This document shows, one piece after another, positions 1 to 12,954 of a DNA stretch of 64,000 nt (position 1 is its first letter; every line of letters starts with the position of its first letter). The position numbers and the translations under genes were made by a program. The stretch comes from Chiloscyllium plagiosum (lineage: Eukaryota), in the NCBI RefSeq assembly GCF_004010195.1, contig NC_057718.1:73357573-73421572 (forward strand), written 5' to 3'. The notes beneath the pieces are model-generated. The model was given only the letters and a program-made list of their open reading frames with translations. It made no database searches and was not told the origin of the DNA.

Positions 1-450
1 CTCCCATTCCACCAAGGATATGCAGGTCTTTGGATTCCTCCATCGTCAGACCACAGCGAAACGACGGTTGGATGAAGAACGCCTCATCTTCCGGCTAGGA
101 ACTCTCCAACCACAAGGGATGAACTCGGGTTTCACCAGTTTCCTCATTTCCCCTCCCCCCACCTTGTCTCAGTCAAATCCATCGAATTCAGCACCGCCTT
201 CCTAACCTGCAATCTTCTTCCCGACCTCTCCGCCCCCACCCCAGTCTGACCTATCACCCTCACTTTGACCTCTTTCCACCTATCACATTTCCGACGCCCC
301 TCCCCCAAGTCCCTCCTCCCCACCTTTTATCTTAGCCTGCTGGACAAACTTTCCTCATTCCTGAAGAAGGGCTTATGCCCGAAACGTCGATTCTCCTGTT
401 CCCTGGATGCTGCCTGACCTGCTGCGCTTTTCCAGCAACACATTTCCAGC
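1..450 (+). mobile_element. Penelope-like element 3' part: end of GIY-YIG endonuclease ORF plus pseudo-LTR (family A)
   Basis: ORF 20-205 (RRLDEERLIFRLGTLQPQGMN) resembles the C-terminus of PLE GIY-YIG ORFs. It is followed by a C-rich tract and the recurrent cctgaagaagggcttatgcccgaaacgtcga...cttttccagca terminus. Confidence 0.85.
357..392 (+). ncRNA. Minimal hammerhead ribozyme motif (PLE family A), intact core
   Basis: CUGAAGA(361-367), extra A, GGGC-uuau-GCCC helix II, GAAA(381-384), then CGUC. Predicted cleavage after 388; helix III would be the ACGU palindrome. Confidence 0.7.
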
Positions 451-454
451 CCCT

Positions 455-1110
455 TTTTTTATACCCTTGGTTACAGATTAATATTCCTTACATAGGGTTG
501 GTCCAATGTTGTCAAAATCATCAGATTAAAATTTGATAGGTTTTGGTATCTAAGTGTTTGGTTCAAATTGATTAGCTAAATTCAAAAACCTTGTCTTGGT
601 AAAAACTGCTGTGTGGCCTATTAACTGTATGGCCTTTCGATACCATAGAATCATAGAACCCCTACAGTGTTGAAACAGGCCATTTGGCCCAACAAGCCCA
701 TACCGACCCTCCTAAGAGTACCATACCCAGACCCATTCCCCGATATTTCCCCTGACTAATGCACCTACCTACACATTCCTGAACACTATGAGGAATTTAC
801 CGTGGCCAATTCACCTAATTTGCATATCCTTGGACTGTGGGAAGAAACCCAGAGCACCCAGACAGAAGGAAAATGTACAAACGGTACAAAGTCACCCAAG
901 GTTGGAATTAAGCCCAGTTCCCTGATGTTGTGAGGTAGTAGTGCTAACCATTCAGCCACTGTGCCATCCTAATGTTTTAGTTCAGGCTCTCTGTGTCTTT
1001 GCAAAATTTCAAGCTATTGGTCACTGACATCCATTTTAAAATTTTTGAATACTGAAAAAGCATCATCTTTTAAAGGGATCATGCAATGCTTTCCCCCCTA
1101 GCATTTTACA
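455..1110 (-). mobile_element. Gypsy-type LTR remnant, interrupted by a SINE
   Basis: Reverse complement begins tgtaaaatg and shares motifs (ccctttaaaag, tttgaatttagctaatcaatttgaa) with the LTRs at 44622 and 62283. Confidence 0.5.
644..970 (-). mobile_element. HE1-related tRNA-derived SINE (variant)
   Basis: Reverse strand begins ggatggcacagtggctgaatggttagcact (A box region) and ends in a CR1-like tail with catagaat repeats. Confidence 0.8.
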
Positions 1111-1179
1111 ATTTGACAAATACTAAATTCTAATTTCCTGCCTCCAATCCAGAATTACTCTACCCAACTTTGCAAAACA

Positions 1180-2330
1180 GATCATGCATGACAAATTTAA
1201 TTGAATTCTTTGATGAGGTGACACTGGCAATGGATGAAAGTTATTGTTGTCTATCTGGACTTTTGGAAAGCATTTGATACAATGTCATATGGCAGGTTGG
1301 TTAGCAAATTTAAAAAGTTTAGAATTGATGGTTCCTCGGCAGCATGGATTAAAAGTTGGTGAAAAGACAGGAAGCAGAGAATGGGTATAGATGGGCATTT
1401 CTCATTGAATTGAAAGTGGTATTCCCCAAGGATTAGTGTTGGGACCCTTGTATTTTCTGCTATAAATGGTTTAGAGTTGTGATGTTGAGGGCAAAATCTC
1501 TAAATTTGTCAATGATTCTCAGCGAGGGATAATACTGAGGGTGATACTGAGTGACTTCAGAGGGACATTCACAAGTTGGCCAAATGGTCAGACACCTGGT
1601 AGATGAGGTAGTGTATTTTGGTAGAAGAAACATGGATAGCGATACAGGCTCAATGGTACAATATGACGGAAGTACAGGAGCAGAGGGAATTCGGTGTTCT
1701 TGTCTATGATTCTCTGAAGGTGTCCAGGCAAGATAAAACAGCTGTTAAGAAGTCTTATATTGTTCTTGCATTTATACATAGAGACATAGAGTACAAAAGC
1801 AAGACATTAGTCAAAACATATTTGGAGTATTGTGTTCAGTTCTGGGCACCATAATTAAGGAAGGATGTTAAAGCACTGGAAAGAGTTTAAAGGAGACTTA
1901 CTAGAATGATAACAGGAATGAGAGATTTTAAATACAAGGAAATGTTAGAGAAATTGGGCTTATTCACCTTGGAACAGATAAGAAAAAGAAATTACCTTAT
2001 TGAAGTTCAAAATTATTAACAATTTTGACAGAGTAAAGTTTTCACGAATTAGAACTCGGTGTCACAATGACAAGATTGCCAGCAAGAGAGCTAGGAGTGA
2101 GATAAGAAGAAATGTCTTTACTCAGTGTTATTTAGATTTGGAATGTGCTGCCTGGGACAGTGTGGAAGTGAATTCGACAGGAGATTTCAAAGACATCTGG
2201 ATATGTATTTGAAAATGATGAATTTAGAGAGCAACAGAGATTGGACAGGAAAATGGGATGGCTGGATGCTCGTTCGGAAGCATAACAGGTTGAATGACCT
2301 TCTTCTATATTGCAAAATTCTTTGATTCTA
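1180..2330 (+). mobile_element. Decayed CR1/HER1 LINE (RT to 3' UTR)
   Basis: Degenerate LIEFF, VYLDF.KAFD and LEYCVQFWAP motifs with many stops. Confidence 0.85.
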
Positions 2331-2644
2331 TATGAGTGGCTTAGAGCAGATCTTGCAGGTGGTGGTGATGTTCCCATGTGTCTGAAGTCCTTATCCTTCT
2401 AGCTGTAAGTTGGTATGGGATTGGAAAGTGCTGTCTAAGGATCTTTGGCAAACGTATGAAATCTGTGGAGACAGTGCTCCCAATTTTATACATGCCCCCC
2501 AGATGTTAGTTAGGAGGGCTTTGCAGGGTTCACAGGGCTGCCTTTGCTGTAAAGTAGTTTATGTGCTCAAAGAACATTTTTATCACTGAATCACTGTAAC
2601 ATTACTATGGCCAATATTTTGTATAATAATGGCAAACATCCATG

Positions 2645-2927
2645 ACAGGTAGGACCTGTCCATTTTCCTTCCCACTTATCTTCTCCACCCTCCACTCCGA
2701 TCTATCGCCATCCTCCTGCATTCCTAGCTACCTTCCTCCCAGCCTCAGCCCCCTTCCATTGATCTCTCAACCCCCTTGGGCTCCCCCCCACCCCATATTC
2801 CTGATGAAGAGCTTCTGTTCGAAACGTCGACTCTCCTGCTCCTCAGATGCCGCCTGACTGGCTGTGCTTTTCCAGCACCACACTTTTTGACTCCGATCTT
2901 CAGCATCTCCAGTCCTCACTTTCTCCT
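2645..2927 (+). mobile_element. Solo PLE pseudo-LTR (family A) with hammerhead core at 2801-2828
   Basis: ctgatga-a-gagc-ttct-gttc-gaaa-cgtc, followed by the family terminus and the tail ...gcatctccagtcctcactttctcc. Confidence 0.8.
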
Positions 2928-4202
2928 TGGGTTTTGAACTCAGCCTTGTAAGTTGGTTGCTGGGAAATTATGGAGGGGCATAAAATATTAAACAGCATAG
3001 ATAAATTATATCTGATGTATTAAATCAAGTCATCTGAGCCAAGTGGACTTTTGAACTATTGGCAGGCAAATGTAAGGTTTACGAAAGCCTTGAGATGGAC
3101 TTTTATGTAAAGTCATAAAGACTCTCCAGATCACGTGCCAATTGACTTATCAGAGGCCAGATGTCTCTGCATCTTAAAGTCTGCCTGTTGAAGCCGAATC
3201 ACTGAGGAATGTAGCAACAAGAAGATGAGTCCTTCCTTTCTTCTTTTCATGGGCTGGGGTCATGAGAACTGGGGATGAATGCAAGAATTGGTCAAAGCCC
3301 CCATCTGTACTTCCAACTACCCCCAGATTGGGGAAATTCAACATTTCCCTAACTCAATAGGCAGATTATGTTGGTTTTCCAGTTGGGAAACTAGCCACCT
3401 TTCCCATCTACTGGGGAGGCTTGTGATGAGGGAAATGATAGATTGAGGCCCTTAATTGCTTCTTAAGGGCTTTCATCACTGGTGTGTTGTGAAATTTGCC
3501 TATGCACCTTTACTTCTAGCACTTAATTGAAGAGATGGTGAGAAGGTGGAACATTTCTCTCTAGGTCAACTCATCTAATTAGTTCCCTTTTTCACCATTC
3601 TCTCACCACTTCAGGGAGGGGAAATTTCTGCCCATAGTCCATGCATCATGTTTAATTTATCTATGTTGCTTAATATCCTATGCCCCTTGATAGGCTCCCA
3701 GCAAAGGCCACGGAGCTCAAATCTTTCTTTATTTTGAAGGTATTATTTGAAAGAAGAAACAAAGATTCTTGGGACTAGGGGCACTGCTATGAGATTATTT
3801 ACTTGTCCATATCAGAATCACCAGATGAAGTTGACCAGGGCAATTAAGACTCAGTTATGGGATAGAGAGCTGTACTCACACACGGGTCAAACCATAGTCC
3901 ATGGTATCATTGACAGTTGCTAAAATGTTACAGTGAGGCACTATAGACTTTCCTCGATGAGTGAATTATGTTAATCCAAATGGCACTTTTCATTATCCTC
4001 TAATAATACATACCACAGAACTATCATACATTTGTCTCCAGATTTGTTTAAACAAATATTTGCCCCTATCAGAGAAGGGAGTCCGTGAATTCATGTGACA
4101 ACTTATGGGATAAATGTAATCAGCATAAGTGAAAGTGTTGGTGAATGCCAGTCAGATGTATTCTCCAGCTCACTGAAGATAAGGTATACTTAAAGAGGAT
4201 TA

Positions 4203-4523
4203 TGATGTGGAGGTGCCAGTTTTGGACTGGTATGGACAAAGTTAAAAAATACGCAACACCAGGTTATAGTCCAACAAGTTTATTTTGAATATATATTAAT
4301 GAACCAAAACCTGCAACCCATTTTAAAAGATGAAAGACTTAACAGCAATCTAGGTTTGCTCAATATATTGTTTTAGTTGCATGATATTGTGATCTTTTGC
4401 TTTAAATTCTGTGTCCTATGATTATGCTCTGCAGCTACCTGATGAAGGAGCAGCAGTCCGAAAGCTAGTGCTTCCAAATAAACCTGTTGGACTATAACCT
4501 GGCGTTGTGTGATATTTAACTTT
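4203..4523. mobile_element. PLE-type inverted terminal pair (family B) with hammerhead core at 4439-4467
   Basis: 4238-4285 is the reverse complement of 4477-4523. The plus arm has ctgatga-a-gga...tcc-gaaa-gcta. Only the minus arm has a roughly 35-nt tail. Confidence 0.7.
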
Positions 4524-4811
4524 GAAGAGATATAGACTGTAACCTTTATATTATCAAATGGCACCATTGAGCAAACACTTCTCATCATGGGTTAATATTA
4601 AAATATTAAATTCATTAAAGTTATATGGTATTCTGTTATAGCAGTCACCCAGCATGAAGTTCCACACTTCATGTTTCAGATCAGCCAAGAATAGGTGTTT
4701 CCAAGATATTTAGTGCTCCTTGAACTCTCCTACTGCTACTTCCCAAGAACCATAACCAATACCTTGCAGTGTCACAAACATATTCTCAACCTCTTTGTCT
4801 CCAACATCAAG

Positions 4812-5858
4812 TTAGAACAAGTCAACATGGATTTAGTAAAGGGAGGTCATGCCTGACAAACCTGTTGGAATTTTTTGAAGAGGTAACAAGTAGGTTAGAC
4901 CAGGGAAACCCAGTGGATGTGGTCTATCTAGACTTACAAAAGGCCTTTGATAAGGTGCCACACGGGAGGCTGCTGAGCAAGGTGAGGGCCCATGGTGTTC
5001 GAGGTGAGCTGCTGGGATGGATTGAGGATTGGCTGTCTAACAGAAGGCAGAGAGTTGGGATAAAAGGTTCTTTTTCAGAATGGCAGCCGGTGACGAGAGG
5101 TGTCCCGCAGGGTTCGGTGCTGGGGCCACAGCTGTTCGCATTATATATTAACGATTTGGATGAGGGAACCGGGGGCATTCTAGCGAAGTTTGCCGATGAT
5201 ACAAAGTTAGGTGGACAGGCAGGTAGTACTGAGGAACTAGACAGGTTGGGAGAGTGGTCCAGGAAATGGCTGATGGAATTTAACGTGAGCAAGTGCGAGG
5301 TCTTGCACTTTGGCAAAAAGAATAAAAGCATAGACTACTTTCTAAATGGTGAGAAAATTAATAAAGCCAAAGCACAAAGGGATCTGGGAGTCCTAGTCGA
5401 GGATTCTCTAAAGGTAAACATGCAGGTTGAGTCCGTGATTAAGAAAGCGAATGCAATGTTGTCTCTTATCTCAAGAGGGTTGGAATATAAAAGCAGAGAT
5501 GTACCACTAAGACATTATAAAGCTCTGGTTAGGCCCCATTTGGAGTACTGTGTCCAGTTTTGGTCCCCACACCCCAGGAAGGACAGACTGGCACTGGAAC
5601 GTGTCCAGCGGAGATTCACACGGATGATCCCTGGAATGACAGGTCTAACATATGAAAAACGGCTGAGGATTCTACAACTCAATGAAGTCCAGTTGAAGGC
5701 CGAGATTGATAGATTCTTGTTGTCTAGAGGAATTAAGGGCTACGAGGAGAACGCTGGTAAGTGGAGCTGAAATGCGCATCAGCCATGATTGAATGGCGGA
5801 GTGGACTCGATGGGCCGAATGGCCTTACTTCCACTCCTATGTCTTATGGTCTTATGGT
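4812..5858 (+). mobile_element. 5'-truncated CR1/HER1 LINE, RT domain open but internally deleted
   Basis: ORF 4769-5770 has QHGF, YLDLQKAFDKV, GVPQGSVLGP, KFADDTK and LEYCVQFW. The C-terminus is fused across a deletion, and a (tcttatgg)n tail follows. Confidence 0.95.
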
Positions 5859-6796
5859 CTTATCAACAATCTCCTCATCCCAGTGTTGTACAGGTCTACA
5901 ATTTCAATTCATCCTCTATCTCATACTGTACTTTTTCTTTCATTTAACTACAACAGATTGCAAGCTTCAACAGATCTTGAATACCAACATTATTCCAAAT
6001 CCTTCTTTACCTGTCTTTACTCTGATGCGTCCTTTCTTCTAATTTTATCTTTTGCCCTGTTTCTTTATTTCTTCCAACCTGCACTTCTCTGATCATGATT
6101 GACCTTCCCTTAATCAGTTTCATCCCCTTACGACCGCGATTCAAAGAATTTTGAGTTCAACATGATACTCAGCTCTTCTTCTGTTACCTTTGCTTCTGCA
6201 CCACTTCTTTGGCTAGGTATTCAGCTCCCTGCACAGTCAACTCTTTTAGCTGCTCTAGAAATCGCCTTCACTTCCCAACGCCATTTCATTTTTTTGAGAA
6301 TGGTAAAATATGATACTGAAATATCTACACCCTTTACTCAACATAACTTAGCTTCCTCTGAACATGCAAACTCAGATCACTAACGTTGTCATCAAATTTG
6401 CTGACAAAGATGCCATTGTTATTTGCTGAACTAGCCTCAAATGTGCAGATGCTAAATGCCTACACTTTGTCTACCTCTCCTGCACAACAACTCACCAGCA
6501 AACAAATCACCAATCCTCAAACTTGTCACTTTTATCTTCTCTGAAGATCTTTCCTCCATGAACTCCAAATCATAGTTCCCCAAACCTGCACAGCTTATCT
6601 TTATATTTTATTTTCATTATTTCATGGATATGGGTGACACTGCTAAGGCCAACATTTGCTGCTCACTTTTATTTGTCCTTGAACTGAGAGCCTTGCTTGG
6701 TTTTTTCAGAGAGCAGTTAAGAATCAACCACACTTCTGTGAGTTTGAAGTCACACATAAACCAAACCTGAGAAGGATGGCAGATTTCATTACATTT

Positions 6797-7107
6797 TTAG
6801 ATTACATTACATTACAGTGTGGAAACAGGCCCTTCGGCCCAACAAGTCTACACCGACCCGCCGAAGCGAAACCCACCCATACCCCTACATTTACCCCTTA
6901 CCTAAGACTACGGGCAATTTTAGTATGGCCAATTCACCTGACCTGCACATCTTTTGGACTGTGGGAGGAAACCGGAGCACCCGGAGGAAACCCACGCAGA
7001 CATGGGGAGAACGTGCAACCTCCACACAGTCAGTCGCCTGAGGCGGGAATTGAACCCGGGTCTCAGGCGCTGTGAGGCAGCAGTGCTAACCACTGTGCCA
7101 CCGTGCC
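6797..7107 (-). mobile_element. HE1 SINE, inserted in an older repeat spanning about 6627-7290
   Basis: Reverse strand ggcacggtggcacagtggttagcactgctgcctcacagcgcc...gggttcaattcc (A/B boxes), with tagat tail. Confidence 0.9.
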
Positions 7108-7834
7108 TTCCCTAAAGGGCATGAGGAAACCAAATAGGCTTATATGACAACCAATGTTAGTTTAATTGACATCATAAGTGGCACTAGCTTTTAATTCCAG
7201 ATTTGTGGTGGAATTTGTACTAATTTCGCAAGAATATTAGTCTGGGTCTCTGGATTATTCATCCAGTAACATTGATACAACCCCACCATTTGTCAAATAC
7301 ACATATCCGATCACCCTAGTAGACTCATCCTTTCAGCCTGCTCCTGCCCTATCTTTCAAACAAGTCATTTTGTCCCGTATCTTCAAAAACTACATTTATG
7401 ATTTGAGCTATATCTTCCATGGAATCAGAATTATTGCAACATAGAAGGAGACCATTCAGCACCTAGTGTTTGCACTAGCTGTCTGTAGGAGCAAACAGCA
7501 TCATTCCTCCATTCCTCCTGTAGCTCTGCACATTCTTCTTTTCATGTAACATTACAATTTCCTGTTGAATTGAGTGCACCTGTATCCACTACACTCAGGC
7601 ACTGCATTCCAGATTCTAGCCCCTTATTGAGTGAATAGATTGCGCTTATGTCTCCACTGTTTGTTCCGCCACTTACATGACCTGTACATCAACGCAATTT
7701 TAACATTTTCCAGTTTCAAAGAGCAAAGAACAATACAGCACAGGAACAGACTCTTCGACCGAGCAAACCTGCACTGACCCATGTCGACTTTCTAAACTAA
7801 GAATCTTTTGCCTCTATGCTGTCTGTATCCCTAT

Positions 7835-8530
7835 TGTAATGATTTTAATGAGGTCAGACAGGTGGACCTCATAAATGAGTTCCCTGATTAGCGCTGTTAA
7901 TTTGGTTCAATCAGGGAGCCCTGGCTGACAGAAATAAACAGGAGTGCCAGAGGTTCTGATCACACGGAGAGCTGGCTCAGAGGAAGCTGGATCAGTTTCA
8001 AGGACTTTCCATGTGTAAGTAAAAGGGGACTTGGTGATGGAATACCAGCCTCTGTGGAGTTATTTCAGTGGTAGTGAGAGAAAAGCAGGCTCCTGAAGAA
8101 ATTCACTCACAACAGTCATCTTTGAGTTGGGGTAAGCTTTTCTGGTTTCATGCCATTATATGGGAAGTTTAACTCATTCGATCCTGCCATTGTAGATTGG
8201 GCCCAGGTTTCGAGCTATCTTCTAGACCTGTAGCTTTTTCAATTATTAGGAGCCTAATATTCCATGAAGCACCACATACCAAAACCTTTCATCAGTTGAC
8301 AGATTTAGTTAAGAAATATTGCCACCTCAAGCCTTCTCTAATTCTGAGATGTTATCGGTTACACTCGGCACTTTGAGAACCATGGGAATCCGCATAGAGA
8401 TCTTTGATTAGGTTAACATGACTGGCTATGGCTTTGTTTTAACACTTATAATGAAATGCCGAGAGACCGCCTTGTATGTGGGATTAATGATGTAACCATC
8501 AGAAGTGCCTACAAGCCATAGTCCAACTTG
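7835..8530 (+). mobile_element. Gypsy LTR (7835-8067, TG...CA) with PBS-like site and gag remnant
   Basis: tgtaatg...tatttca followed by gtggtagtgag (degenerate tggcgacgag PBS) and MPLYGKFNSFDPAIVDWAQ...RDRLVCGIND gag-like remnants. Confidence 0.7.
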
Positions 8531-8539
8531 AGACAAAAC

Positions 8540-9275
8540 TTGTCTGGCACATCTCCTTTAAACATTCCTCCTTTAATCTTAAACCTATGTCCCCTAGTAA
8601 TTGACATCTCTGTCCTGGGGAATAGACTCTGATTATCCATTCTATCCGAGCCTCATAACTTTTTACGCTTGGATAGGCCCTAAGCCTCCAATATTCCAGT
8701 GAAAACAAACAACATTTATCCAATCTCTCCTCATCGGTAATATCCTCCAAACCAGGCAATATCCTCCGAAACCCTTTCTGTACTCTCTTGAAAGCCTCCA
8801 CATCTTTCTGGTAGTGTGGCAACCAAAACTGTATGCAATATTGCAGATATGGCCTATATAAAGTTCTGTACAGCTGAAACATGACTTGCTAATTTTTATA
8901 CACTATGCTCCGACAGCTGAGGGTAAGCATGCCATATGCTTTCTTGACCACCTATTCCACTTTGTGCTGCCACTTTCAGGAAACATCAAGATCCCTCTGA
9001 AGGTGACGAAGGGTTCTGCCATTTACTATATACACACTTACGTTAGACTTTCTAAAATGAATCACCGTGCATTTGTCAGGATTAAATTCCATCTGCCATT
9101 TCTTTGCCCAAGTCTCCAGTCTATGAATATCCTGTTATATTCTCTGGCAATCCTCCTTATTATTTGCTGTTTGCCCATCTTTGTGTCATCCGCAAACATA
9201 CTAATCAGACCAACAAAACTTTCTTCCAAATCATCTCCATATATGACAAACAACAGGGGTCCTAGCACTGATGAT
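8540..9275 (-). mobile_element. CR1 LINE fragment (its 3' tail continues at about 7718-7834)
   Basis: ORFs 8499-8882 and 9062-9508 contain SVLGPLLF, FADDTK and LQYCIQFW. Confidence 0.85.
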
Positions 9276-9299
9276 TGTGTAACCACCTTCTGTGGTTTT

Positions 9300-9630
9300 A
9301 TTTTGTGTTCCTGGGCACAGCAGTTGCCTTGCCGGGTGGTTATGCACCCAGATAGTATGCTTTCTATAGTGCATCTGTAAAAATTGGCAAGGGCCCTTAT
9401 GGACATGCCAAATCTCCCAAGACACCTAAGGAAGAGAAGGCTTTGCTGTACCTTCTTGATGAAGAAATTTACATGGGAAGTCAAGGGCAGGTTGTAGGTT
9501 ATCATCACTCCCGGAACTTGATGTTCTTGGCCCTCTCCATCTCAGCTCTGTTGATGTAAATGGGGACGTGTATTCCTCCTTTATTCCTGAAGTCAATGAT
9601 CAGTGCTTTTGTTTTGCTGACATTGCAGGA
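9300..9630 (-). mobile_element. Rex1/Babar non-LTR retrotransposon fragment
   Basis: NVSKTKALIIDFR and KKVQQSLLFLRCL...NFYRCTIESILSGCIT are typical Rex1 RT C-terminal motifs. Confidence 0.8.
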
Positions 9631-10031
9631 TGATAATATATAATAAGTAGCTATGATAAGTGCAGTCATAGAATATGGATAGATAAAATAAAGGAAAAAA
9701 TGCCCACTAAGAGTTGGAACACAGGGAATAGTAATTTGCTTCATTCACTCGTGGGACATGGGCATCACTGGCTGAGCTGGCATTTAACGTCCATCCTTAG
9801 ATGCCCTTGAGAAACTGATGGTGAACAGTTTTCTTGCGTCATTATAGTCCATCAGCCGTAGGTAGACCTGCAATACTATTGTGATGAAATTCCAGGATTT
9901 TCACCCAGCAATAGTGAAATAAATTCAAGTCAGATTATGTATGTATTGGAGGAGAACTTGTGGAGGGAGATGTTCCCATGTAACAGGTGCCCTTGTCCTT
10001 CTATATGGAAGCGGTCTTGGGTTTGGAAGGT

Positions 10032-11742
10032 AGGAGAAAGTGAGAACTGCAGATGATGGAGATTAGAGTCCAGCAGTGCGATGCTGGAAAAGCACAGCCG
10101 GTCAGGCAGCATCCAAGGAACAGGAGAATTGATGTTTTGAGCATAAGCCCTTCATTAGGAAAGAGAGCTGTCACCCAAGAGGGCTGAGGGATAAATGAGA
10201 GAGGGATAGGGCTAGGGGAGGGAGGGTGGGGGAATGGCAATAGCTGGGAATGTGATAGGTAGATGAACGTGAGGGGTGAAGGTGATAGGTCAGAGAAGAT
10301 GGTGGAGTAGATAGGTGGGAAGGAAGATGGATAGGTAGGACAGTTCAAAAAGGGGGTGCCAAATTGGAAGGTTGGATCTGCAATAAGGTGGGAGGAGGGG
10401 AAATGAGGAAACTGGTGAAATCCACATTGATCCTGTGTGGTTGGAGGGTTCGAAGGCAGAAGATGAGGTGTTCTTCCTCCAGGTGTTGAGTGGCAAGGGT
10501 TTGGCAATGGACTAGGCCCAGAACTTGCATGTCCTTGGTGGAGTGAGATGGGGAGTTAGTGTTCAGCACAGGGCAGTGGGGCTGTTTCATGCGTGTGTCC
10601 CAGAGATGTTCTGCAAATTGGCAGCCTGTCTCCCCAATGTGGAGGAGACCATATTGGGGACAATGGACACAGTAGATGACATGTATGGAAATACAAGTAA
10701 ATCTCTGTCAAATGTGGAAGGATCCTTTGGGGCCTTGGACGGAGGTGAGGGTGCAGGTTTTGCATTTCTTGTGGTGGCAGTTGAAGATACTGGGAGTGAA
10801 GATCCATTCATTGAATGAATGAATGAAGTTAGCTTCACTGAATGAATGAGTGAAGTTTGATTTATTGAATGGATGAATTTAGTTTGATTCATTCATTGAT
10901 TGAGCAAAGTTTGATTCATTGAATGAATGAATGAAGTTTGATTCATGAATGAATGAATGCAGTTTGATTTATTGATTGAATGAGTGAAATGGAGGGTGGG
11001 TTGGTGGGGGCGTGGACCTAACAAGGGAGTTGTGGAAGGAATGGTCTCTCCAGAACACAGGTTCAGGAGGGAAATATATCCCTGCTGGTGGGGTCTGTTT
11101 GTTGGTGGCAGAAATGGCGGAGGATGATGCGATGTGTCTGGAGGTGTGTGGTGTGAAAGGTGAGGACCAGGGGTGTTCTGTCCTTGTTATGGTTGGACGG
11201 GTGGTGTTCAAGGGCAGAGGTGTGGGAAGTGGAGGAGATGTGCTGAGGGCATCATCGATCATGTTGGAGGGGAAATTGCAGTCTTTGAAGAAGGAGGCCA
11301 TCTGGGATGATCTATGATGGGAGCAGATGTGATGGAGATAGAGGAATTGGGAATAAGGGATAGCGTGTATACAGGAGGCAGGGTGGGAGGAGGTGTAGTC
11401 AGGTAGCTGTGGGAATTGTCGGTTTGTAGTGGATTTCTGAGTTGAGGTTCAGGAAGGAGACGGAAGTGTCCGAAATGGTCCAGGTGAATCTGAGGTCAGG
11501 GTGGAAGGTGTTGGTGAAGTTGATAAACTGTTCAACTTCCTTGTGGGAGCATGAGGTGGTGCTGATACAGTCATTGATGCAGTGGAGGAGGAATTCCCAG
11601 TTACTTCCCCCCATCCCCCCACCTGCCCACCATCCCCAGCCCATTTATCTCTCAGTCCCCGTGGGCCCTAAGCCTCATTCCTGATGAAGGGCTTATGTTC
11701 AAAATGTCTGGCTGTGCTTTTCCAGCACCACACTCTTTGACA
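10032..11742 (-). mobile_element. Penelope-like element: RT C-terminus, GIY-YIG remnant, tailed pLTR and inverted 5' pLTR
   Basis: INDCI...EQFINFTNTFHPDLRFTW (RT) and EEEHLIFCLRTLQPHRIN (EN end). Inverted pLTR at 11590-11742. 14-bp TSD tgggtttggaaggt at 10018-10031 and 11743-11756. Confidence 0.9.
10806..10990. repeat. (TGAA)n-based compound microsatellite inside the PLE
   Basis: Repeated tgaatgaatgaa blocks with a higher-order agtttgattcatt unit. Confidence 0.9.
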
Positions 11743-12121
11743 TGGGTTTGGAAGGTGCTATCTGAGGATTTTTGGTGGATTTCTGCAACGTAGATTGCTG
11801 CTGCTGAGCATCAGTTATGGAATGATTGAACTTTTGTGGATATCATGCCAATCAAGTCGGCTGCTTGTCCCAGATGATGTCAAGCTTCTTGAGTGTTGTT
11901 GGAGCTGCACTCATCCAGGCAAATGGGGAGTATTCCATTATACTCCAGCCTTGTGCCTTGTAGATGGTGGATGGGCTTTGAGAAGTCAAGAAGTGAGTTA
12001 CTCGCTGCTGTATTCCTAGCCTCTGACTCTCGTAGCTTGTTTACTTTCAGGTGATTCCAGCTCAGTTTCTCCTCAGTGGTAACCCCACGGATGCTGATAA
12101 TGGGCGATTCAGTGATGGTAA

Positions 12122-12413
12122 CACAGTGGTTAGCACTGCTGCCGCACAGCCTCACAGCGCCAGAGACCTGGGTCCAATTCCCGCCTCTGGAAATTGTCTG
12201 TGTGGAGTTTGCACATTCTCCCCGTGTCTGCGTGGGTTTCCTCTGGGTGCTCCGGTTTCCTCCCACAGTCCAAAGATGTGCAGGTTAGGTGAATTGGCCA
12301 TGCTAAATTGCCCGTAGTATTAGGTGAAGGTGTAAATGTTGCTCTTCGGAGGTTCGGTGTGGACTTGTTGGGCCGAAGGGCCTGTTGCCACACTGTAAGT
12401 AATCTAATCTAAT
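12122..12413 (+). mobile_element. HE1 SINE
   Basis: cacagtggttagcactgctg...tccacactgtaagtaatctaatctaat pattern. Confidence 0.9.
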
Positions 12414-12954
12414 CACTGAATGTCAAGGGGTGATGCTTAGATTGTCTCTTACTGGAGATGATCATTACCTGGAATTTGTCTGGGGTGAATATTACTTACC
12501 AATATTCAGCCCTAGCCTGGAGATTGTCAAGATCTTGTTGCAGCTGGACATGGACTACTTCAATATCTCAGGGAGGGATTGACAGGCACAAGCCTCAGTA
12601 ACATTGGACATTTCTGGACAATGGTGTCCGCATCTGCTAACCCCTCATGACTATCCTAGTACCTCTCCGATACGGTGCCAGACCACACATGTGGCATTGC
12701 AAGGTACACTGACAACTAGCATTGAAAAGGCTGCAGCAATGAAACTTTCTGCACCTGGACAGACACCCAGCTCAATAGCTGGACCAGACCCCATCTCAGG
12801 ACTACTTGCTTGCCCTCATAGCAATTGCTCATTTTGTGCCTACCAGCATTGTCACAACATCCATACCAGGCCTGGCCTCACCTTATGCCATTCCTGTGAG
12901 CGTATTAGCACTCCAACCAAAGCCAGTTAGATGCTTGTCAGTATTGACTGGATC

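Larger units (their letters stand above)
9742..12570 (-). mobile_element. Second CR1-like LINE family (3' part), split by a PLE (10032-11742) and a HE1 SINE
   Basis: Tail gggacatgggcatcactggctg...cccttgagaa recurs at 24000-24245 (+) and 27830 (-). It encodes YKAQ.WS.MEYSPFAW-like remnants. Confidence 0.75.

Noticed and set aside
3270..3633. Harbinger-type MITE ending aaatttctgccc
   Set aside because: Only one TIR-like end was seen; no partner TIR or TSD could be found.
3880..3920. Minus-strand exon candidate ending in a gtgagt donor
   Set aside because: It gives a stop in the phase expected from the upstream candidate exons, and the acceptor is weak.
4769..5770. 333-aa ORF as a functional reverse transcriptase gene
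   Set aside because: It is a 5'-truncated, internally deleted CR1 copy with no endonuclease domain and a non-ATG start in flanking DNA.
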